Part shown: piece after piece, positions 1 to 8,434 of the stretch
Layout of the letters: every line of letters starts with the position of its first letter
Position numbering within the stretch: position 1 is the first letter of the stretch
Source: Psammoneis japonica
Taxonomy: Eukaryota
DNA: 20,000 nucleotides
Reading direction: 5' to 3'
Assembly (NCBI GenBank): GCA_008632985.1
Contig: QPGO01000021.1
Location: forward strand, 740,980-760,979
Translations under genes and position numbers: made by a program
Notes under the pieces: model-generated
What the model saw: the letters and a program-made list of their open reading frames with translations, nothing else
Database searches by the model: none
Told to the model about the DNA's origin: nothing

Positions 1-520
1 CGGTCATTTTCCCACTTGAAGGAGGCGAGGGACCAGCAACTTTTTTCTGGCACCAGCGCGCCTCCTGTTGCTCTAACCCCTCCTTCCCAACAATTGGACA
101 TTTCTTGAATCTCCGTTAGAACATCCTCGTGCGTTGAGTCACAGGTGCCTGGAAAGCATGGGAGATCTGCATCATCGACGAAAGTGCAACACACATGGTG
201 GTGCACGTTCTTGGAGATCGGTGTTGTCACCCGAATGCCGCAACCCTCGGCTTTGAGCACGTTAATTGTTGGTGTGCTTGCAACGAGCCAAATGGCAGGT
301 GCAGCTCCATGGCCTTGAAAGATTCCTTGCAATGGGATCTCCATGGCACCGCATGGTTCTGCTGAGTCTCCGCATGCTGTTCTCACGCAATGCTTCATCT
401 GTGTGAGTGTTCCGATCATCATGAAGACCTCATCTTCTCCAGCTCCAAACCTTCTCATGCAAAGGGCAGCTGCCGCATGTGGGATTCGATCACAGCACGA
501 TTTGGCATCCGCACTGCATG
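1..520 (-). pseudogene. Reverse transcriptase domain of ORF2 (fragment)
   Basis: Manual minus-strand translation gives CSADAKSCCDRIPH (~518-477; family form SxDAKSCYDRI), PLQGIFQGHGAAPAIW (~336-290), the catalytic FVDDADL (~183-163) and WEGGVRATGGALVPEKSCW (~89-33). This frame is missing from the ORF track because it runs off the window. Confidence 0.93.
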
Positions 521-660
521 TTCATCCACTCCCAGGGGAATGACGCATGTTCCCTCCAGCACTCTTTTCGCGGCCGGGGAGTCCGAGTTGCAGCCAAAAT
601 CTTGAAGGAGAGGCGTCTTCATGAATGGGACAGTGCACTGACTTGTCTGAGTTTGTCCAT

Positions 661-770
661 TGCAGTGTGCATGCAGACAAAAGGTCATTTTTGTCACGCC
701 CTTTGTGACATTTAAAGGCTGTGACACGTCGCCGTGATGCATTGACTCTTGTCAGCAGCTGTGTGTTGCA
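661..770 (-). repeat. 3' LTR of the miniature element (110 bp)
   Basis: Ungapped alignment to 1004-1113 shows 11 mismatches, all transitions. It is preceded on the minus strand by the polypurine tract. Confidence 0.9.
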
Positions 771-924
771 CTCCTCCCCATGTGTCACGCGTCCATGCGG
801 CTCTTCACCAACGTGCACTGACACTGCACGGTTTTGGCGGAACAGTGTGGGTACGTGCGAAGGAACACACAGAACTGCACAGAGTTTTACGCGTTCGACA
901 GTGATCAACGTTGCTGCAGACAAC

Positions 925-999
925 TCCCACTCAGGGTTTCGAACCCCTGGCCTCCTGCCTGATGGTTGCCGGTGCGATGAACCACTCCGCTGTGAATTC
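925..999 (-). promoter_or_regulatory. tRNA-like segment with RNA polymerase III A-box and B-box inside the miniature element
   Basis: The minus strand has CAGCGGAGTGG (992-982; A-box TRGCNNAGYGG with the first T as C) and GGTTCGAAACC (945-935; B-box) within a CAGGG...CCCTG stem, 36 nt apart. The acceptor and anticodon stems do not form well, so this is not an intact tRNA. Confidence 0.6.
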
Positions 1000-1003
1000 A
1001 CAA

Positions 1004-1113
1004 TGCAGCATGCATGCAGACAAAAGGTTGTTTTTGTCACACCCTTTGTGACATTTAAAGGCTGCAACACGTCACCGTGATGCATTGGCTCTCATCAGCA
1101 GCTGTGTGTTGCA
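1004..1113 (-). repeat. 5' LTR of the miniature element (110 bp)
   Basis: Direct repeat of 661-770, with TGCA...TGCA termini. Confidence 0.9.
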
Positions 1114-2691
1114 CCATGTCTCGAACGTCCTTTGCCTTTGCGTGCTTCTTCCATTCCCTCTTTCGTTGAGAACACCTTGTCCACCCCGTTGGGTCCTGGT
1201 GCTGTGACCGTTTGGAGTGCCCGTCAGGGTTTGCCCGTCACTCTTTTGATGCGTCGGAACATTCTCTTTTGTCGGCAGCTGTGCCGAACAATTCGTTCCT
1301 CTTTTTCCTGGGTCGTGCCGTTCTCTTCTGCTCGTTTTGCGCACCGGATCTTAAACTCCTCTTGCCAAAGCTTTGCAGCTTGCTTCTTGAGTTTGCAGTG
1401 TCTTTTCATTGCCAGCTTGTGTTCTTCTGACACTTGGTGTGGTCAGAGCAGCAGGGCGTCCATTCTTCCAGTGCACTGCATTCGCCTGTTGATGATCTTC
1501 ATGCTTGCTCTCCGAAAATGGTGCAGCTCATGCACTGGTCTCCATGAGTGAATCTCTTTCCTCGCTTTGTTGATGACGTTGCTAGATTCCACCTCGTTCA
1601 TGTGCAGTTTCCGGCATTTTGCTTTTGCTTCTAGCCTGATCTGATGATTTGTTTGGAAGAGCCGCTCGCATTCTTGTTGTTCTGCAAGGCCAAAGTCGTC
1701 TGAGTTTTCCAGTCGAACAGCTCTTCGTGACAAATCATGCTTCAGAATTTGCGTTGCCACGAGCTGAACGTGCTTCTTCACCACCTTTGGATCGTTCAAT
1801 TTTCCTGCCAGTTGGTCTGAGATGGTCTCAGAAAGTTTTGGTGGGTTGAAACCCAGAGCGCTTGGTTTCGAAACATCAGTCCATGAGAGGCGATGATCGG
1901 AAGTACACAGTCGAAGTCACCAAAGCCAGTCATTCCTGCCTTGGTCACTTCCAAGGCGGGCGACACAAGAATTGCATCAACCGGAATGTCAGACCGGTTC
2001 TTGTTGCATGTTGCCACTGCTGGAAGATCCGGATGCGCAGATTTCAATGCGTTGATGAGGTGAAGCGACCCATGCCACGCAACAAAGGTTGACCCTCGGA
2101 CTTTTTCATTGAAGTCACCTCCAACTGCTGTGAGGTCTCCCTCTGCCTGCCATTCCTCAATGTGGTTTGCCAAGTCTTCTGGCACCGCTCGTCGTGGACA
2201 GTGCAGATCATTCTTTGAAAGAAGACATGTTTCTTGTTGGGAGTGTGCTCTGCCTGGATTGGCGTGGTTGTCCCCAACCGGTCGGCAAATTGTGACGATT
2301 CTTGTGTGCATTCCTGATTTGCCTCGAAGTCTTGCCCATGTCCATCTGCCTGGTCCCGTCGGGTCGTTGCCACTGGAGGTCAGGTGGTGGTTGACATGCC
2401 TTGTTGGCAGATGTCCTGCACCCCGTGCTGCCTCTTGTTTTCTGTTGAGCAGTGTTCGTTGGTTGTGACAAGAGAGCCATGTTTTGACAGACTTCTCCAC
2501 CGGTCTCTCCATTGCTCATGTTTCGGAATTCGCTTGAAGTTCAAGTTGATCTCTGTCAAGCCCATGATGTCAGAATGATGTTCTGTGATCCAATTCATCA
2601 TTCCTTTGTGTTTGTCCTCAGAAGAAAGTGATGCTGGTGGCCCACCAACATTGTGAAAAGCCACTCTGATGGCGTTGTGTCGTTTCATCAA
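1114..2691 (-). pseudogene. N-terminal part of ORF2: apurinic-like (EEP/APE) endonuclease plus linker, frameshifted
   Basis: Motifs spread over several frames: IRVAFHNVGG, DIMGLTEINLN, DPTGPGRWTW, RIVTICRP, GGDFNE, VDAILVS, SDHR (~1900-1889), followed by NDPKVVKK and KCRKLHM. Confidence 0.88.
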
Positions 2692-2899
2692 AGTGTTGTC
2701 ACCCCAAGCCTCATCCAGTTGACGACTGGTAGATTCTCGATTGACGTCCTCCTTTTGCGGTTGTCGTCGTGACTGCTGAGGATGGCAGGGATTGGGGATC
2801 CTGGCCCGCTCCCTTGGCCTGAGAGCTGGGATGGTGGTCTTCCAGGTCTCCTGGTTTGGAGTCCTTCTGGGCCGGACCAGTGTCTGGATCGTTCGCCGC

Positions 2900-5070
2900 T
2901 CATGGCTTTTCTAATTCTTGAATTGGCGCTTCACTCATTTCCTGCACCTCCTTTAGTTTTGCTTGGGTTGAAGGCGTTGTTTTGATGGATGCATCTTCCT
3001 CTTGTTCACATTCGTGGTGGTTCTCCAGATTTGCGAAGTCAAAGTTTGCCAAACGTTTCGTGACAGATGTGTGCTGTGTGTCGTCATCCTCATTCCTGAG
3101 ATGACCCACAGATTCCACATCAGCTGCTTGAGCCAGTTTTGCAGCAACTTCCTGTGCTGCTGCAGGTGGACCTTGTGCTCCATTCTGTCCGCTTGCATCT
3201 TTCTGAGCGTTGGCATCAGAGGACTTCCATCTGTCTGTTCCTTCCGTTTGTGCTTGCTCATCAGTCCACTGCTCCTCCATGCCCCGTGGGTCTTCCTCGA
3301 TCACATCTGACAACAATTCACCATCTTTAGATGTTGTGAGTCCAGTTTCTGGATCACACTCCGCATTCTCGTACATGGCAATCCCTGCAGCTGTGAACCA
3401 TGGTTCTGCGGATGCGCCGCAGACATGCAAACATTCCGGAACAATGTTGTTTGTCATTTGTGAGACTTGATCCACAGATTTTCTTGGGAATGTGATGACA
3501 TGATCGTTCGGCCTGTTCCACTTGACATCCAAGTGATGGATCAATGGAATGCACTTGTCCGGTTTGGCAGGGTCCGGCATTCGTTTCTGCATCAGATGGT
3601 GTCGCAGAGCTGTCTCTCCACCAGCGACTCTTGTCTTTTGGTCCGGGTTGTCAAGAAAGCCGAAATCAAGTTGTCCAATGACTTTCTGACAAAAGAAGTG
3701 TTGTCGTTTTTGAAGCTTGTCGATGTTCTCCTTGGTTTTGTCTGAGGCATGTTGCATGGTGGAGTTCAAGCAGCATGGAACAAAGCGCAGTTCGAGTCCA
3801 AGAACTTTTTTCCAAGCTCCTGCCCTCCACAGTCGTTCCGCTGCAAGTTTGACTTTGTGCGCTTTGCTGGACTCAACAATGATGTGGAGAGCTTCCGGGT
3901 TCTTGTCCGGCGTGTTTCTGTTGAAGGTGGGTCGTTTTCCGTCCCTTCCTGCAATGGATCTCCATTGAATTCCAAGACTGTCGTAGTCTCTGCCCAAGCC
4001 AAGAGCTTTGCTGAATTGTTTGTGCAATGTCCGCTTGCTCATTGTTTTGGTGCTTTGATGTGACCATCCAACACATTCAAAGCGCGTCAATTGACACGGC
4101 ATGGGGTTGCGTCCAATGGAGAATTTACCCATTTCCATGTCTGCAACCATCCCTGAGAGTTGCGAGCCGCAGTCTGCCACAGTTCTAAGATTGCAGTCTT
4201 CTGACACCTGGACGAGTCAAAGTTGGCAGCACATCGTGTGTTCGGCGTTGACTCTTGGGTTCAGGCAGTCTGCCCCCAGGAAGGCACTTGGAATTTCTCT
4301 TTCTTTTGCCAAACCTTCCGGAATGTCTTCTGGAGAAGTGACATCACCAAAGGCATCTTCTGGGTCAGGATCCCATGTGCCGATTCTAACATCTTGTCCA
4401 AGTGTCTCCTGCACTGTCGTGAAGGATTCTCGCAGGATGGAGGACACTGCTTTCAGAGGTTTTTTGGATGGTGGAATGGTCAGAAAGGCGTTGTGGCGTA
4501 ACTGACACCAAGGAATTCCTTCAGTTTGATTGGTGGCTTCTGTTTCTTGTGGTGTGTCAGTCTGCTGTGACTCCCCAACATTGGCTTCTTCCCCGATTTC
4601 TTCATCTTGCAGTGTGTCGGTTTGCTGCGAAGCCTGTTCATTCATCTCTCCTTCATTTTCTTTGTCTGATTCTGCAGAGTGATTCTTGCTTGTGAGTTGT
4701 TGAAGGGCATCTTCATTGGAGGATTCTTCACACATGTGGTCTTCTTCCGTGATTGCAATTTCTGCCGGAGTGATTGTTTTTGATTTTTCCTCCTTTTTGT
4801 TTTTCCTGCTTCGCGCAAAGGGTTTTTCATCGTCAGGTGTGAGTTCCCCCTCCTTGTTGTTGTCTTCCTTGGTGCATGAATTTTGCGCAGAGTTTGTGCG
4901 AGAGTTTTTTTTTTTACGGTCATCTGTTCATTGTTCTCGTTGTTTGTTTCCTCGTTGTGAGATCTTTCGATCATTTCATTCATTTGTCCTTTGCCCTTTT
5001 TCTTTTTGTCTCCTTTGCGTGGAGAGGTGTTTTTCTTTCCGCCGGTGCTTCTGCGTTTTGTGCCTGCCAT
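2900..5070 (-). pseudogene. ORF1 of the retrotransposon (basic N-terminus, acidic low-complexity tract, ~435-aa core), frameshifted
   Basis: Three consecutive minus-strand ORF pieces (5070-4642, 4735-4217, 4207-2900) lie directly upstream of ORF2 on the same strand. No catalytic motif was recognised, so the call is positional. Confidence 0.65.
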
Positions 5071-7930
5071 TGTGCCATTTTTTTAGCTTGTTGTTTGCAC
5101 GCACGTGCGAGTTGTGAGGCATGCAAATTTCATTCTCATGCAGATGTCAAAGCATGCCTCAAGAAGAAGGACAACAACAAGCCACATCGGGGCCAACTGA
5201 GCAGAGGAAGAGCACACTTCGCTGCCCAATGACTCGGTGACAAAAACTCTGCAAAGAACAATCCTTTGCAACAAGATGATGGGCAGAGTTGCGTCAAACA
5301 CAAAAGGCAGAACGCAAATGCAGCGAGTCAACGCTGCCATTGCCGTGCTGCCACGACCTGAACAAGTGAGACCTTCGGTCGGCAACTGACACGATTGTCA
5401 GATTGAACATTCACAACACTTCGTTGCACTGCTGTCGAGGGAACACATGCGTGTCTGCTGCTGATCCCATCCAGCTCTCTGGAGCGTCTGCTTGAAAATC
5501 GAAGGCTCATTTTAAATGGGAGACTGCCGCACCCACACAACTGGCGATGCTAAAGACTTCAGCCTGCCATCACCGTGCTTCGGACATTTTCGATCGGCTT
5601 CAGGCCATGTCTTCAGGCACTGCGTGCCTTCAGACATGTCCTTCTGTCCTCGGCCGGTGACGGTCGGCTTCAGTCGTCACTCTCGCCAGTCATTTGCAGG
5701 AATGACTTGTGTTGGTTCATCGTTTTTGCATCATGTGATGTTTGCAATGTGTGAGATTGGTTGTCTTCTCGGGGCGGTCGTCTTCGTCGCCTTTCGCGTC
5801 ACTGACCACACCATCATTTTGTGTCGTTTGCTCGGACTGCAAATCCGATTGGGTCTGTGCCTCTTGCAGCTCATGGCACATTTCCTGCGGAACCCATCAG
5901 TTGTTGGACTGACATTGTTGTTCGCAGCGCTGTGCATTTACAACACAGATGAAAAAGCAAACCCACGAAACGACACCGCGATCGAAGAGGCCGTCACCAT
6001 TGACAATGGCGTCTTCCAGCGGTCCCACAACAAGAATGCATCACCACCCATGCGACCAGCCAGCACGACGACTGCTCTGGCGGCATGCAGACAGTGGTCT
6101 GTTGCTCAGTCAGTGCGAGAGCCATTGAGTGTGCTGTGCATTCACAGATGTGTTCAGGTCTTTCATCTGTGATGTGGGTTCAGGTGCTGTGTGAACAAGT
6201 CCATGCTGATGGCAAGGGGCGGGGTGCAAGGGTGCCGTGCTCAGGGCCCGGCACAAAGCCGCTCCTCTGGGTGCCTCCTTTCCATGCTGGAAACAAGTGT
6301 GCCACTCATGAGGACTCATTTCTTCAAGCTTCAGAGTCAACCACAGCAGATGTGTCCCCCATCTTCATGTTCTTGTGGAGAACCTCGTCTTGGCTGTGGG
6401 TCGATGCGAGGCACATTTCTGCACACCCACGAAAGAAGTTACGATCTTCCAACACAATTTCTCTCCCAACAGAGCCAGCAACAAATGGCACCTGATTGGA
6501 ACAACAACAGGGTCCTTTGGTGCTCACACTCATCTTGCTGCACAGCAACTCTCTGCTGGCTCGAAGCTTCAGAGCGGCGCCCTTGACTGCTGCAGCAATG
6601 TGGGTCCAAGACTCTGCAGAAATTGCTTGGGTGCACCTGACTGCTGCCTTGTTTTGGTGAGTGCAGCTGCCAAAAAAGCCACCAAAAGCCCAGCAGCACA
6701 GGGTTCCTTGTTGGTGGAGAGCCGCGGGTGGAGATTTGCTCGCTTGCGTCACAAATGTGGCAAATGAAGTAATTTCAGATGCACACAACATTTCATTCAA
6801 GGGATTTTGTTCTGGAACGTGCATTCGCCGAAAATCTTGAGGCACCCTTTTTGCAATTTAGAAAGTTCAATGTCGACTTTTAACACCGGGTTTTTTGAAA
6901 GCTTCATCTGTGAACAGAGAGGAACTGAATCTCAACCTCTGACAATGAAGTTTGTTTTGAATCACCATCACAAACAGAGAAACAATGCCACACATTGGGG
7001 GCAAATCTCCACCGGTGGAGATTTGCTCCCAATGAGTAAATGCACGTGGCACACTTTGCGCAGATTGCACACTGTGTGACATTTTTTTGCTGTGTTCATT
7101 GTGTTGTTGCAAAAGTGCATGACACGTCACACATCCTCAAGTGGAGCAAATGAGATTTGCTCCCCTGGTGGTTGAAAGGTCAAGAGCCAGGCTGGCAGAC
7201 TTGGCAAGAAGCTTTGCACAATTCTTGCCAACACAAAGAGGAAAATCTTCTGGTGCTTTGATGGCCAAACATCCTCTCCCACTGCCTTTGACAATGTGCT
7301 TGAAGCCGCCTGTCTTTTTTCTGGAACATTGGTCGCAAAGCGGCCCTTGCTCAGCTCGGCACACAGCGCGCCTCTTTTTGTTGATCACAGTGTGTGTTGG
7401 TGGGTGCATCTGCAGCCAGTGTGCCATTAACTTCAACAGGCAGTTCGACACTTAGAGAAGAAAGCATGTTTGCCAGAGGAAAGGGCTCCTCTGTCTTTTT
7501 GTTTGTTCTTGTGTGGAGGTTTGCCACACGCTGGCTCTGCTCATTTGCAAAACAACGCTGTGAGCTCTGATCAGTCAAGAGCAAAGCAGGTGAGATTTCA
7601 AAGCCACTGCAAACTGTCTTTGTCTTGTTTCACACTTTGAATTTTCATGGTGTGTTGGGGTGCAGGGAAAGCGGGGAAGTCATGCTTGCTTGGCTGAGAA
7701 GGTTGTCCAAGCAGCAGGATGGCTTGCAAGCATTGGGGCCCCAGGGAGCTGCGTGGTGTGATGTTCTTTTTCGTTTTTTGTGCAGTGCCTGGAAACACAT
7801 TGCAGAGCTTTTGATCAATCATTCAGCGCAGTTCGCGGTTCGTGTTCGCGGATCGTCGCGTCGCATGCTTTTTCTTTTGAGCACCAATGACTCTGTGCGG
7901 TCAGTTTGTCTGTCATTTGGCACCCGCGGG
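5071..7930. mobile_element. Unclassified, TpA-depleted probable repeat/transposon-derived DNA (may include the LINE 5' UTR)
   Basis: Same compositional signature as the LINE, no recognisable protein, and contains short repeated motifs and palindromes. Confidence 0.45.
6993..7034. repeat. 42-bp palindrome (21-bp arms, one mismatch, no spacer)
   Basis: CATTGGGGGCAAATCTCCACC|GGTGGAGATTTGCTCCCAATG read directly from the sequence. Confidence 0.9.
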
Positions 7931-8003
7931 CATACTGTAGTGTTGTTTCGAATGTGGAATGAATTCCCGATCTCTACTCTCTAGTAGCTCTGCTACCGTA
8001 GAT

Positions 8004-8027
8004 AGAGAGAGAGAGAGAGAGAGAGAG
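8004..8027. repeat. (AG)12 microsatellite
   Basis: Perfect dinucleotide run. Confidence 0.95.
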
Positions 8028-8434
8028 CTGTTAGGCAACAGCAACGAATTTGGTCCCGAGTCTTTTCAGAGTTGTTTTCTCATCACAATGTGTTGGGAGC
8101 TGTAACGTCGTGGATGACTTTTTGCACTCGGGTGAGGAGTCACACCCTTTGCTCTGCAAACAACTTGCTAGAGGTCGAGAAGCATCAATGAGAGCTAGAG
8201 AGGGTACATTCATGCATTTGTTTAGGTCTTTCATGTAAGATATGCGTTCAGGTGTAAATAACTCCGTGACATCGACTACAGATAAGGAATGGAGGGCACA
8301 TACCTGGATCCATAAACCATTTCTATACTGTTTTCTCTCCGCGGTGAACCGGTGCCTTTGGCTCATCCAAGAGGGTAAAGCTTATAATCTGAGTTTCTGG
8401 GATACGTGATGGCCCCAAAGCCAAGAACTCTTTT

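Larger units (their letters stand above)
661..1113 (-). mobile_element. Non-autonomous miniature LTR retroelement (TRIM-like), 453 bp, nested in LINE ORF2
   Basis: It has 110-bp direct repeats at 661-770 and 1004-1113 with TG...CA ends and a 4-bp target duplication CCAT (657-660, 1114-1117). A polypurine tract TGGGGAGGAG (780-771, minus strand) abuts an LTR. Removing the element plus one CCAT rejoins ORF2 as ...RSRHGQTQTSQCT... Confidence 0.9.
1..5070 (-). mobile_element. Decayed non-LTR (LINE-type) retrotransposon, resembling the diatom Ambal clade; 3' part runs off the window, 5' end not defined
   Basis: Minus-strand order is ORF1 (5070-2900), APE endonuclease motifs (2691-1880), linker, then RT motifs (520-1). 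Multiple frameshifts, a nested insertion and an internal deletion are present. Clade assignment is from recalled motif style only. Confidence 0.9.

Noticed and set aside
925..999. Functional tRNA gene
   Set aside because: A- and B-boxes are present, but no convincing acceptor or anticodon stem forms and the segment lies inside a mobile element.
661..1113. CRISPR-like or simple tandem repeat
   Set aside because: There are only two 110-bp units, with a TSD, TG..CA ends and a polypurine tract, which is LTR architecture in a eukaryotic context.
6722..7929. 9-bp inverted match CCGCGGGTG ... CACCCGCGG as terminal inverted repeats of a 1.2-kb DNA transposon
   Set aside because: The match is short, does not extend and has no clear target-site duplication. 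It is suggestive only because it coincides with the domain edge.
1..7930. CpG methylation-deamination or classical RIP as the cause of the TG/CA excess
   Set aside because: CpG remains common while TpA is the missing dinucleotide (RIP would increase it), and the damaged motif residues revert to Tyr/Leu/Ile/Val codons containing TA.
343..7984. Dense overlapping 60-220 aa ORFs on both strands (e.g. 5516-6172, 6324-6845, 721-1080)
   Set aside because: Loss of TpA removes TAA and TAG stops in all six frames and inflates ORF length. The products are Cys/His-rich, Tyr-poor and have no recognisable domains.
8031..8366. 111-aa minus-strand ORF downstream of the glycosyltransferase-like gene
   Set aside because: No recognisable motif; it is probably 3' UTR or intergenic sequence.
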